A stretch of 64,000 nt of DNA from positions 14,141 through 78,140 of the forward strand of contig JAAYHH010000011.1 of assembly GCA_012735435.1 (NCBI GenBank). Reading direction: 5' to 3'. The position numbers and the translations under genes are program-made. The notes under the pieces were generated by a model. The model saw only the letters and a program-made list of their open reading frames with translations. It did not search any database and was not told the origin of the DNA. Shown here in pieces: positions 45,638-54,944 of this stretch (the stretch's first letter is position 1; every line of letters begins with the position of its first letter). Origin of the DNA: Bacillota bacterium. GTDB taxonomy: Bacteria; Bacillota; Limnochordia; DTU087.

Positions 45638-45916
45638 TTACCCTCGTATGCCGAGTTTGGCGATAAGGGTTCGATACCGTTCAATGTCTCGTTCCCGAAG
45701 ATAGTCAAGCAGCCCTTTTCTCTGACCAATCATTTTCAGCATGCCCCGTCGGGAATGGTAGTCCTTCTTGTGTACCTTGAGGTGCTCAGTTAGATCACTG
45801 ATCCTCTTGGTGAGAATCGCTATCTGCACCTCAGGTGATCCAGTATCAGAGTCGTGGAGCTTATACTCATCGATGATTTGACGCTTGATATCTTTGTCCA
45901 GAGCCACTAACTTCAC
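45638..45916 (-). CDS. rpsO: 30S ribosomal protein S15
   Basis: [50 protein letters not shown] is the S15 signature. Confidence 0.9.
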   Translation of the reverse strand: MKLVALDKDIKRQIIDEYKLHDSDTGSPEVQIAILTKRISDLTEHLKVHKKDYHSRRGMLKMIGQRKGLLDYLRERDIERYRTLIAKLGIRG

Positions 45917-46014
45917 CTCCTATACTTGAAATCCCCCCAGCCCAGAACGGCGTTGGAGGAGTTCGCCGAACCGAGTCAAGGGTTCCAAACACCGTATTCA
46001 CTATATCATAAAGC

Positions 46015-47034
46015 TTAGAGGCTGTAAATCTTTTCTGCAGGGGCAGAGCCGCTCTTGCTTTCTACGCCGGTTTGGAAGAGTCTGCGGGCATTCTGGATAT
46101 CCCAGGCAACTTGCCTTTGCAGTTCCTCGCTGCTGGCGAATTTTTGGATAGGGCGAAGATACCGGTGGAATGAAACCTCTAGCTCTTTGCCGTAATAAGC
46201 TGCCTTATGGTCCAGCACATGCACTTCTACTGCCCGGACCTTTCCATCAAAGGTTGGTTTCATGCTGATACTCAAAACACCTATCAGCTCCTGCCGGCGG
46301 GCGGCGAGCTTGCCTCCATCCTCAGCTCCTATCTCCCTCACCGTAACTGCGTAAACTCCATCTTTAGGTATCAGCCGATCTTCATTCACTTCCAGATTGG
46401 CGGTGGGAAACCCCAATTTTCTGCCCCGGCCGTCGCCTTGGATAACCGGACCGGCTAGACGGTAAGGACGGCCCAGGAGCTTGCCAGCTGTTTCTACATC
46501 TCCTTCTTGGAGCAGCCCCCTAATCCGGGTGCTGGATACTTTTTCACCATCGACAATCACAGAAGGCACTGTGGTCACCGATTGTATCCCCCAGCGGGAG
46601 CCTTCTTTCCGCAGGAACTCGGTGGTGCCTCGGCCCTTGTATCCAAAGGTAAAATCCCCTCCGGCCGCTACCGCCGCAACTCCCAGCCGGTCCACTAAAA
46701 TCTTCTTGATGAACTCTTCAGGTTCCAATCCAGCCAGCCCTTCATCGAAGATCAACTCTACAACAGCTTCGATACCAAGTTCCCACATGTATTGTCTCCG
46801 CTCATCCGCTCCTGTCAACAGCGGCGGCACTTCATCTGGCTTGACAATGGAAAGAGGATGGCGGTCAAAGGTGACTAGTGCCGGTGTCAGTCCTAGGGAA
46901 GCTCCAAGTTCCACTACTTGGGCTGCAATGGCCTGATGCCCCAGGTGCATTCCATCGAAAAAGCCCAATCCGGCTGCCATCCCTGTATTGAGCGCACTGC
47001 TGGTAATTCTGCCATCCCGCCAATAAATCTGCAA
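46015..47034 (-). CDS. ribF: bifunctional riboflavin kinase / FMN adenylyltransferase
   Basis: N-terminal FAD synthetase (GFFDGMHLGHQ) and C-terminal riboflavin kinase (PTANL) motifs. Confidence 0.9.
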   Translation of the reverse strand: MQIYWRDGRITSSALNTGMAAGLGFFDGMHLGHQAIAAQVVELGASLGLTPALVTFDRHPLSIVKPDEVPPLLTGADERRQYMWELGIEAVVELIFDEGLAGLEPEEFIKKILVDRLGVAAVAAGGDFTFGYKGRGTTEFLRKEGSRWGIQSVTTVPSVIVDGEKVSSTRIRGLLQEGDVETAGKLLGRPYRLAGPVIQGDGRGRKLGFPTANLEVNEDRLIPKDGVYAVTVREIGAEDGGKLAARRQELIGVLSISMKPTFDGKVRAVEVHVLDHKAAYYGKELEVSFHRYLRPIQKFASSEELQRQVAWDIQNARRLFQTGVESKSGSAPAEKIYSL

Positions 47035-47069
47035 ACCACACTCACCCCTGGTTCAGGTTCCAACTCTTG

Positions 47070-48071
47070 TTATTCCGAGGCCGAAGGAAGCAGCCTTACC
47101 GGCTGCAGCACTCCACCCGCTTTTCCCCGGGGAGTACGGCCAACCCCTAGAAATCTGCCTTGGCCGTCATATACCCGCAGCAGGCTGGTGGCCATTGGAT
47201 CTTCTTCGACACTTGCAGTCACTTCAACGTTAACGGGCTCAAGCCACTTCTTTACTTCCTTCACCGGTACAAAGCCGCCGTGACGCAGACGCCTGGCTGC
47301 TTTGCCGCTTAGCACAGCTCCAGGGAGATGACCTACTCCCCGATCCATAGGAATCAAGGCTGAGGGATTCGGAAGTGTACTTGCTTCTGTTTTTGCTTTC
47401 GTTTTCGGACCCGACTCCATTAGTTCCTCCAATGTGAGGGCATCCTGCAGCGACCAGGGGCCAACTCCTGTTCGAATCAAGAACGACATATGACTCGGCA
47501 CCTGGAGATATTCCCCCAGGTCTTGGCAGAGAGTGCGGATGTATGTGCCCTTTGAGCACGTAACATCGAAAAGGAATGTGTCTCCATACCCCCACTCTCC
47601 CCGGCGCCATTGGCCTACGGGATCAAGTCTAAGAATCTTCACCCGTCTAGCCTTTCTCTCAACTGTCTTTCCCTGCCGAGCCAATTGATAAAGGCGCTGT
47701 CCCTGATGCTTCACCGCTGAAACCATAGGCGGAATCTGCTCTATTTCTCCCCGAAAAGCATTAAGGGCCTTAAGCAGCTGTTCATCGGTAAAGGAAAACT
47801 CCCAGTCTTCTTTTACTACTTTACCGCCGGCGTCTTGGGTATCTGTGGATTTTCCAAACCAAAGCTCCGCTCGATAAGCCTTGATATGATCCTCCATGTA
47901 TGGAATCAATCTGGTTGCATTCCCTACACACACTACCAGGATGCCGGCTGCACCCGGGTCAAGGGTGCCTGTATGCCCCACTCGCCTTTCGCCGAGCTGC
48001 CGTCTAACGACATTTACCACATCATGGGATGTCATTCCCGGGGGTTTGAGAAGCACCAAAATGCCGTCCAT
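47070..48071 (-). CDS. truB: tRNA pseudouridine(55) synthase TruB
   Basis: MDGILVLLKPPGMTSHDVV...GHTGTLDPGAAGILVVCVG with the catalytic Asp in GTLDP. C-terminal PUA domain. The longer ORF extension (to 48218) is rejected. Confidence 0.9.
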   Translation of the reverse strand: MDGILVLLKPPGMTSHDVVNVVRRQLGERRVGHTGTLDPGAAGILVVCVGNATRLIPYMEDHIKAYRAELWFGKSTDTQDAGGKVVKEDWEFSFTDEQLLKALNAFRGEIEQIPPMVSAVKHQGQRLYQLARQGKTVERKARRVKILRLDPVGQWRRGEWGYGDTFLFDVTCSKGTYIRTLCQDLGEYLQVPSHMSFLIRTGVGPWSLQDALTLEELMESGPKTKAKTEASTLPNPSALIPMDRGVGHLPGAVLSGKAARRLRHGGFVPVKEVKKWLEPVNVEVTASVEEDPMATSLLRVYDGQGRFLGVGRTPRGKAGGVLQPVRLLPSASE

Positions 48072-49083
48072 CCTGGTCTTCGCCCCCCTTTCCCCCTGAC
48101 TGGTTGGAGAAGTCAGATGCCAGCAGGTTGGCGGCTGTCTCCAACACAAGGGCTTTGGCCTCCGGTAACGGCTTGTTAATTGTACACCCTGCCGCGTACA
48201 TATGGCCGCCGCCCCCAAATAAACCAGCTAGTTTGCTCGCGTCTATATTATCCCGGGAGCGAAAACTAACCTTGGTTCTTTCTGCTTCCAGCTCTCTAAA
48301 CATAATTGCCAGCTTTACCGTCTTGATCATTCGGGGATACTTAATCAGATCTTCCGACTTCTGACCGCTCCACTGTCTTTCACCGAGCATGGTTCTGGTT
48401 ACGGTAATCCAGCTCATCTCGCCCCGGGGACTGATCTCCAAGGTGTCCAGAGCTGCCCGCATGAGGTCAACTTCTTCGTAAGCCCTGTTTTCATATAGGT
48501 GTACAGCTATCTCGGCAGGGTTTGCTCCACATTTAACCAGTTCACTTGCGATGGACAGTACCCTGCTGTTGGTATTGCTGTAGCGAAAGGTTCCTGTATC
48601 CCCGGATAACGCGGCATACAGGTTGACAGCCATGGCCTCGGTCAGGGGGACATGCAGGTACTCAGTGATCAGCTCGTAGATGATTTCTCCAGTGGCTGCA
48701 GCCTTTGGGTTAATGTAAAAGGCCTGGCCAAAGCCTGGATTTGTCCCGTGGTGATCAATATTGATTACCGGCACGCCTGACCGCAGGTATGGAACTAGTC
48801 CGCCGCACCTATCCGGTTCACAGTCTGCAACAATAACTGCATCCACGGAGGGACTAAGATTCTCGCTGAAAACCTTGCATGATTCTATACCAGGCAGGAA
48901 ATCAAACCAATCTCCTAATGGGTCAGGAGAAACGCAGACGGCCCCCTTGCCTATCGCCTGCAAAGCCTGCTGGAGGGCCAACCCAGACCCGACGCTGTCG
49001 GGGTCCGGGTCGACATGCCAAGTAATTAAGAATTTCTTGTATGCTCTTATTGCTTGAGCTACTTGTTCAAGGGAACCCACCAC
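48022..49083 (-). CDS. nrnA: DHH-family phosphoesterase NrnA-like (oligoribonuclease / pAp phosphatase)
   Basis: DHH motifs (HVDPDPDSVGS, DHH at INIDHH) and a DHHA1 region (GGGH). The C-terminal roughly 35-aa tail overlaps the truB start by 50 bp. Confidence 0.8.
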   Translation of the reverse strand: MVGSLEQVAQAIRAYKKFLITWHVDPDPDSVGSGLALQQALQAIGKGAVCVSPDPLGDWFDFLPGIESCKVFSENLSPSVDAVIVADCEPDRCGGLVPYLRSGVPVINIDHHGTNPGFGQAFYINPKAAATGEIIYELITEYLHVPLTEAMAVNLYAALSGDTGTFRYSNTNSRVLSIASELVKCGANPAEIAVHLYENRAYEEVDLMRAALDTLEISPRGEMSWITVTRTMLGERQWSGQKSEDLIKYPRMIKTVKLAIMFRELEAERTKVSFRSRDNIDASKLAGLFGGGGHMYAAGCTINKPLPEAKALVLETAANLLASDFSNQSGGKGGEDQDGRHFGASQTPGNDIP

Positions 49084-49487
49084 TATAAATCTTCTCCTAG
49101 AGTTGAAGCTGTATCTTGGTCCTCAGAATCAGAGCTCTCCTCCCTGAGCTCTCTGAGAAGCTGGGAGATGCGGGCGCCTCTCTCTATGGATTCATCCCAT
49201 CGGAAGACAATCTCCGGAGTATGCCGTAAGCGTATCCGTTGGCCGATTTCTGAGCGAATATAGCCAGTAGCCCGCTCAAGTCCCTCCATAGCTGCTCTCT
49301 TTGTATCATCGTCCCCTAACACACTTACAAATATCTTAACATGACGGAGATCCCGGGAAACTTCCGCATCTGTCACTGTAACAAAGGCGACCCGCGGATC
49401 CTTCATTTTCCGAATGATATCGCTTGCCTCCTGCTTAATCGCTTCCCGGACTCTTTGTACCCGCTGGTGGGTGGCCATATTCCTCAT
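49083..49487 (-). CDS. rbfA: ribosome-binding factor A
   Basis: RVQRVREAIKQEASDIIRKMKDPRVAFVTVTDAEVSRDLRHVKIFVSV is the RbfA KH-like domain. Acidic C-terminal tail. Confidence 0.9.
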   Translation of the reverse strand: MRNMATHQRVQRVREAIKQEASDIIRKMKDPRVAFVTVTDAEVSRDLRHVKIFVSVLGDDDTKRAAMEGLERATGYIRSEIGQRIRLRHTPEIVFRWDESIERGARISQLLRELREESSDSEDQDTASTLGEDL

Positions 49488-49519
49488 CCCCTTCTTCAGC
49501 CCTTAGTGGTGATTATCGG

Positions 49520-51709
49520 CTAGAGTGTCCGCTTTACCTCCTTGAGGACAAAGACTTCAATTTCATCGCCTTCCTTGATGTCGTTGAAGCGTTCTATGCC
49601 GATTCCACACTCATAGCCTTGGGAAACTTCCCTAACGTCATCCTTAAATCGCTTGAGGGAGGAAATCTTGCCTTCATGGATCACTACATTATTGCGCAGC
49701 AGCCGCACTTGGGCATTGCGGAGGACCTTACCATCGTCAACATAGCATCCTGCTACAACTCCTACGTTGGGAACCCTAAATGTTGCCCGCACCGATGCTC
49801 TTCCCAGAACCTCTTCCACATAATCAGGTTCAAGGAGTCCCTCCATAGCTGCCTTCACATCATCAATCGCGTCATAGATGACCCGATAAGTCCGAATGTC
49901 CACCTTCTCCCGTTCTGCCACCCGGCTGGCAATAACATCGGGGCGAACGTTAAAGCCGATGATCACAGCATCGGAGGTAGCTGCCAAGAGGACATCACTT
50001 TCGGTTATGCCTCCAACGGCGTCATGGATCACCTTTACCTGCACTTCATCGGTGGACAGGCGTTCCAAAGCCTGACGAACAGCTTCTACTGAGCCCTGCA
50101 CATCAGCCTTAATGATCAAGTTGAAATCCTTAACTTCACCTTGTTTGATACGCTCAAACAGACCATCGAGGGTGATGGGTGCAGTTCTGCTTAGCTCTGC
50201 TGCCCGTTTCTCCTCTTGCTTCTGGGCTGCAATCTGTCTTGCTAGCTTCTCATCCTCAAGAGCCACAAGTTCATCTCCGGCCTCCGGCACATCGGAAAGG
50301 CCAACTACCTCCACCGGAGTTGACGGACCGGCTTCTTCCAGACGCCTGCCGGAAGCATCGTTCATGGCCCGCACTCTTCCGGAAACACTACCGGCAATTA
50401 CGGCATCGCCCACCCGCAAGGTTCCGTTGCGGATCAAGACGGTGGCCACAGGTCCCCGGCCTTTATCCAACTTGGCCTCCACAATGGTGCCCCTAGCTAA
50501 CCTGTCGGGATTTGCCTTGAGCTCCTGGAGATCTGCCACCAATAGGATCATTTCCAGCAGATCATCTATGCCTTCTTTTCGTAGTGCTGAAATATTTACG
50601 CAAACTGTATCGCCGCCCCACTCCTCTGGAACCAGACCCAGTTCAGCCAAGCTCTGTTTTACCCGGTCCGGATTTGCCTCGGGGCGATCCATTTTATTGA
50701 TGGCAACAATAATAGGCACATCGGCTGCTTGGGCATGGCTGATAGCCTCCCGGGTTTGCGGCATCACGCCATCATCAGCAGCTACGACTAAGACAGCAAT
50801 ATCGGTAACCTGTGCACCCCGGGAACGCATGGCGGTAAAGGCCTCATGGCCGGGAGTGTCTAGGAATGTGATTTTCCGCCCCTCAAGCTCCACCTGATAC
50901 GCGCCGATATGCTGGGTAATTCCACCAGCTTCCTGCTGGGTTACCCGACTCTCCCGGATGGCATCCAACAGTGTTGTCTTGCCGTGATCTACATGTCCCA
51001 TAATAGTGACGATAGGCGGGCGAGGCTGAAGCTTTTCAGGCGGGTCCTCAACATCGGCCAAAGGATCCACTGTCTCGATCTCTGGAAGTATTACCTTGAA
51101 ACCGAGGTCCTCCGCTACTGTAGCAGCAGCCTCCCAGCTGATGCTCTGGGGAACTGTTGCCATTATACCTATGCCCATCAGCTTCTTGATGATGGTGGCA
51201 GCGGGGATGCTCATGCGGCTCGCCAGTTCCTTCACAGTAATGCTTTCCGGAATCTCGATCTCCTTAGGCCTTTGCGGAGCAGACTTTGGACTGCGAGAAG
51301 AAGGCTGGCGCCTCAAATCTTTCCGGCCCTTCCGCCGATGCCGCCTGCCGGTTGAAGCATCTTCATCATCGGCCGCGATTTGAGCCTGTGCCGCAGCCTT
51401 TGAAGGACGTTTAGAGGAGGTCTTAGGCTTTTTCCCATCTGCTTCTGCCTGCATCGTCTTGCTCTGCACCGGCTCCTCTCTCTTTGCCTTTTTCTGTGCC
51501 GGTTTTTCTTTCGGTTCTGCTGCCTTGGGCTTCTTTTGCTTCTTATCTTTTTCCTGGGCGAAGTGTTCTCTGACTAGATCGGCCACGTCTTCCTCCAGAG
51601 TGCTCATGTGATTCTTGACATCTGCTCCCAGATCTTGCAGAACCTCAACAAGCTGCTTACTTTTCATTTCAAGTTCTTTAGCTAGTTCGTAAACTCGAAC
51701 CTTTCCCAT
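49520..51709 (-). CDS. infB: translation initiation factor IF-2
   Basis: G domain ([24 protein letters not shown]). C-terminal beta-barrels. Lys-rich N-terminal region. Confidence 0.95.
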   Translation of the reverse strand: MGKVRVYELAKELEMKSKQLVEVLQDLGADVKNHMSTLEEDVADLVREHFAQEKDKKQKKPKAAEPKEKPAQKKAKREEPVQSKTMQAEADGKKPKTSSKRPSKAAAQAQIAADDEDASTGRRHRRKGRKDLRRQPSSRSPKSAPQRPKEIEIPESITVKELASRMSIPAATIIKKLMGIGIMATVPQSISWEAAATVAEDLGFKVILPEIETVDPLADVEDPPEKLQPRPPIVTIMGHVDHGKTTLLDAIRESRVTQQEAGGITQHIGAYQVELEGRKITFLDTPGHEAFTAMRSRGAQVTDIAVLVVAADDGVMPQTREAISHAQAADVPIIVAINKMDRPEANPDRVKQSLAELGLVPEEWGGDTVCVNISALRKEGIDDLLEMILLVADLQELKANPDRLARGTIVEAKLDKGRGPVATVLIRNGTLRVGDAVIAGSVSGRVRAMNDASGRRLEEAGPSTPVEVVGLSDVPEAGDELVALEDEKLARQIAAQKQEEKRAAELSRTAPITLDGLFERIKQGEVKDFNLIIKADVQGSVEAVRQALERLSTDEVQVKVIHDAVGGITESDVLLAATSDAVIIGFNVRPDVIASRVAEREKVDIRTYRVIYDAIDDVKAAMEGLLEPDYVEEVLGRASVRATFRVPNVGVVAGCYVDDGKVLRNAQVRLLRNNVVIHEGKISSLKRFKDDVREVSQGYECGIGIERFNDIKEGDEIEVFVLKEVKRTL

Positions 51710-51738
51710 TAACCATCACCCCTACCTTGGTCCGCGAA

Positions 51739-52068
51739 TTACTCTACTCTTCCATCGTTGCCCTCTGCCTCCGTTTTCCTGGTATTCACAGCCTTCATAA
51801 TCGCCTGGGCCATTCCGGCATCCTTGACGCAGAGAACTGCCCGGGCAGGTTTGCCAATAGCCGCTCCCAACTGTTCCTTGGTCCCCATGTATATGACGGG
51901 AACTCCCTTGGCTGCCTTCTCAAAGGTCGCCTTTGTTCCGGCACTGGCATCGCAAGCCAGCACCACCAACTCTATACGCCTTCGCCGCAAAGCTGCCAGA
52001 CAGCTGTTGTACCCAGAAATCAAGTTTCCGCTTGCCTGGGCGAATCCCAGCAAACTCAGTGCCTTCAC
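51739..52068 (-). CDS. ylxQ: ribosomal protein L7Ae-family protein YlxQ
   Basis: L7Ae fold segment KALSLLGFAQASGNLISGYNSCLAALRRRRIELVVLACDASAGTKATF. GTG start at 52068 overlaps the ylxR TGA stop (GTGA). The 149-aa ORF-track version is an artefactual extension. Confidence 0.7.
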   Translation of the reverse strand: MKALSLLGFAQASGNLISGYNSCLAALRRRRIELVVLACDASAGTKATFEKAAKGVPVIYMGTKEQLGAAIGKPARAVLCVKDAGMAQAIMKAVNTRKTEAEGNDGRVE

Positions 52069-52337
52069 ATGACTCTCTCCAGTTCCTCTCTGAGTCTCTC
52101 GATAGTTTCCGGGGCGATGGCCACCTCCAGGGCTCTTTCCAGCTGCTTTTTTTTCAATGCCCGTTCCATACAGGCCGTATCGGGGCACATGTAAGCACCC
52201 CTGCCGGATTGCTTCCCGGTGGGATCAAGCAAGATCTCCCCTTCGGGGGTTCTTACGACACGAATTAGATCCCGCTTAGGGCGCACGGTACGACAGCCGA
52301 TACATGTTCTCTGTGGAATCTTCCGCTGTTTCGCCAC
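52065..52337 (-). CDS. ylxR: YlxR/RnpM (DUF448) RNA-binding protein
   Basis: PQRTCIGCRTVRPKRDLIRVV...SGRGAYMCPDTAC is the YlxR motif. Lies between nusA and ylxQ, as in B. subtilis. Confidence 0.85.
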   Translation of the reverse strand: MAKQRKIPQRTCIGCRTVRPKRDLIRVVRTPEGEILLDPTGKQSGRGAYMCPDTACMERALKKKQLERALEVAIAPETIERLREELERVM

Positions 52338-52375
52338 CCTGCCATCACTCCTTCACAACCCGCTGTCTGCAGTTC

Positions 52376-54139
52376 TCATTCATCGAATTCCCAACGCAAA
52401 TCGGCCAAGTCCTTGAGAGTCTTCTTGTCTTTACCCTGCTGCTTGTTGTCTTCTTCACTCTCATCCTGGAACTTAACTTTGAGGTCATCCAACCGTCCCG
52501 CAAGGGTAAAACCGCTCTCATCATCCTCAGGTCCTGCAACATACTCAGAAATTTCCACTTCGTCCTGCTGCTGATCTCCGGAAAACAAAGTGGGCAGCGG
52601 TTCTTCTTCAATTAGTTCTTCCTCAAGCAGAGATTCTAGATCCTGTTTGCGGGTCTTGCGGCTCCTTGCCTTACCCAGCCCGGCGGCCGGTTTGGGCGTC
52701 CGCCTCCGCCAGAGGGTATCTTCATCCAATTCGGTTTCTATCTCCTCGGGCTCTTCATCCAGCTCATCGACGTCATCATCTAGAGCTGCCTGCTCCAAGG
52801 GTTCTGATTCGTCATCGGCATAAACCGAGAGCTCTTCTTCGTGCTCTTCCTCCAGCGGCAGTTCCTCGAGATAGTCGGATTCATCAGCTTCCTCTGGAGC
52901 AGTTTCCTCATCCAATTCCTGCTCATCGTCAGCTGCCGTCAGCTCACCATCCTCACTGACTGTATCGCCTTCTTCAAGTTCACTATCCGCTGCAACTACT
53001 GCCGCAAGGTCTTCATCTTGAGCCGTTAGGTCTTCCTCGCCGGAGACCTCGTCAATCTCCTCGTCCTTAGGTGTTGCCCGTTCAAAGGCTTCCTTGGCCA
53101 GGATCTGGGCCATTTGCTCCTGGCTCTTGATATCTATTCTCCATCCGGTAAGCCGTGCCGCCAGCCTGGCGTTTTGTCCTTCTTTCCCGATGGCCAGGGA
53201 CAGATGATTGTCCGGCACCACGGCTCTAGCCGTTTTGGTCGATTCATCCAGGTAGGTCTTAACTACATGGGCTGGGCTCAGGGCATTGGCTACAAACTCT
53301 TCTTCTATTGGCGCCCAGGGGATAATGTCAATCTTTTCACCCCGCAGCTCCGATACAACAGCCTGGACCCGCATGCCCCTTGGACCTACACATGCGCCCA
53401 CAGGATCGACATTTGGGTCCCGAGAATAAACTGCTATCTTGGTGCGGGCGCCGGCTTCCCTGGCCACTGCCTTGATCTCCACTGTTCCATCGTAGATTTC
53501 TGGAACTTCCATTTCAAACAAGCGCAGCACCAGGCCCGGATGTGTTCGGGAGACTGCTATATGGGGTCCCTTGCCGGTTTGTCGAACTTCGCTGATGTAG
53601 ACCTTGATTCTGGTCCCCTGGGTGAGCGGTTCGCCCGGCATTTGATCAGACGGGGCCAAAACCGCCTCTGCCTTGCCCAGGTCAATAATCACATTGCGGT
53701 TTTCCCTGCGCTGAACAATGCCGGTGACGACGTCTCCTTCCCTATTCTTAAATTCATCATAGATGAGCGCCCTCTCGGCTTCCCGAATCCTCTGGATAAC
53801 CACCTGTTTGGCAGTTTGAGCAGCTATGCGGCCGAAATCCTCGGGGGTTACCTCTACATCGACGACATCATCCAGCTTGTAGTTGGGGTCCATAGCCTGG
53901 GCTTCCTGCAAACTGATCTGCAGGGAATCATCGGTTACTTCGTCAACTACAACCTTGCGGGCGTAGACATTGATTTCCCCCGTGTTTTCATCAACTTCTA
54001 CCCTCACGTTTTGGGCTGTCCCATAGTTGCGCTTATAAGCCGTAGTGATGGCAGCCTCTATGGCTTCTAATATGATTTCTTTAGTAATTCCCCGCTCTTT
54101 TTCCAACTCGTTAAGAGCGCTCATCACTTCGAAGTTCAT
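52376..54139 (-). CDS. nusA: transcription termination/antitermination factor NusA with a roughly 240-aa acidic C-terminal extension
   Basis: NusA N-terminal, S1 and KH1/KH2 domains (ACVGPRGMRVQAVVSELRGEKIDII; LAIGKEGQNARLAARLTGWRIDI). These are followed by a long D/E-rich low-complexity tail. Confidence 0.9.
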   Translation of the reverse strand: MNFEVMSALNELEKERGITKEIILEAIEAAITTAYKRNYGTAQNVRVEVDENTGEINVYARKVVVDEVTDDSLQISLQEAQAMDPNYKLDDVVDVEVTPEDFGRIAAQTAKQVVIQRIREAERALIYDEFKNREGDVVTGIVQRRENRNVIIDLGKAEAVLAPSDQMPGEPLTQGTRIKVYISEVRQTGKGPHIAVSRTHPGLVLRLFEMEVPEIYDGTVEIKAVAREAGARTKIAVYSRDPNVDPVGACVGPRGMRVQAVVSELRGEKIDIIPWAPIEEEFVANALSPAHVVKTYLDESTKTARAVVPDNHLSLAIGKEGQNARLAARLTGWRIDIKSQEQMAQILAKEAFERATPKDEEIDEVSGEEDLTAQDEDLAAVVAADSELEEGDTVSEDGELTAADDEQELDEETAPEEADESDYLEELPLEEEHEEELSVYADDESEPLEQAALDDDVDELDEEPEEIETELDEDTLWRRRTPKPAAGLGKARSRKTRKQDLESLLEEELIEEEPLPTLFSGDQQQDEVEISEYVAGPEDDESGFTLAGRLDDLKVKFQDESEEDNKQQGKDKKTLKDLADLRWEFDE

Positions 54140-54161
54140 TTAAGTGCCCTCCTGTTTCCAG

Positions 54162-54626
54162 CTAAAACTCGATAGCCAGGTTGGCCTTTGCTACCTGGTC
54201 CCGAGGAATCCTAGTAATTTCGCCTCCGGATTCAACTACCACAGCGCCATCTTCCAATCCCACAAGCTTTCCTTCCCATACCTTCTTACCCTGATAGGGA
54301 GCATAGGTCTTGATATGTACCAATCGTCCCGCAAACCTGGTAAAGTGTTCATCACGGGTGAGAGGCCTTTCCAGACCGGGTGAAGATACCTCCAGGGAAT
54401 AGCTGCCGGGAATGGGATCGACTTCATCCAGCCGCGAGCTGAGGCGGCGGCTTACCTTCTCACAATCATCCAGCCCAACTCCGCCTTCTTTGTCGATGAA
54501 CACCCTCAAGATCCAGTCAGGGCCTTCCTTGGTATATTCAACGTCAACTAATTCCAGCTCTGGGTAGTCGGTTAAAATCTCCTCTGTCAGCTGAGTAGTT
54601 ATCCGCTCTATCTCTTGTCGAGCCAT
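54162..54626 (-). CDS. rimP: ribosome maturation factor RimP
   Basis: LELVDVEYTKEGPDWILRVFIDKEGGVGLDDCEKVSRRLSSRLD is the RimP signature. 22-bp gap to nusA. Confidence 0.9.
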   Translation of the reverse strand: MARQEIERITTQLTEEILTDYPELELVDVEYTKEGPDWILRVFIDKEGGVGLDDCEKVSRRLSSRLDEVDPIPGSYSLEVSSPGLERPLTRDEHFTRFAGRLVHIKTYAPYQGKKVWEGKLVGLEDGAVVVESGGEITRIPRDQVAKANLAIEF

Positions 54627-54944
54627 CTTTCAGCCTCCGTTTCTTTTCTTAACACCCCAATATATGTAAAACACGCTCACCATGAGTCTAAGCAAACTGG
54701 CGGTAGAGGCCCTCAACTATAGCCTGCCGCGTTACCCCTTTTACTACGAAAGAGTGGGACTCACCCACTCTTCCAAAAAAAACTACCGGCGCTGTGAAAA
54801 ATTCAGAGCCGCGCTTTGCTCCCCATCTTAACGGTAGTGGGGATACTCCGCGGCACTTTCCGTTGCTAGTATACCACTTTTCCGCATCATTGACAAGGCT
54901 TTCGGCAGCCGAAAGCGGCTAAAAAGTGCAAACAGCGGATATGT

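Noticed and set aside
50112-50897. 261-aa plus-strand ORF within infB, and a 318-aa plus-strand ORF (53114-54070) within nusA
   Set aside because: Both are antisense to essential, highly conserved genes. Their composition is Ser/Pro/Arg-rich, so they are artefacts.
51739-52188. 149-aa YlxQ, 382-aa TruB, 107-aa Hfq and 331-aa MiaA as given in the ORF track
   Set aside because: The N-terminal extensions overlap the upstream genes and lack conservation. Shorter starts (GTG 52068 for ylxQ, MDGILV for truB, MAKTAIG for hfq, MRPILV for miaA) fit the homologues and gene junctions.
54627-54944. Hairpins in the polC-rimP spacer (AGAGTGGG..CCCACTCT at about 54752-54772; GCTTTCGGC-A-GCCGAAAGC at about 54895-54913) as terminators
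   Set aside because: In both cases the U/A tract is on the wrong side of the stem for the minus-strand transcripts, so they are not canonical intrinsic terminators. They are left unannotated and could be leader structures of the rimP-nusA operon.
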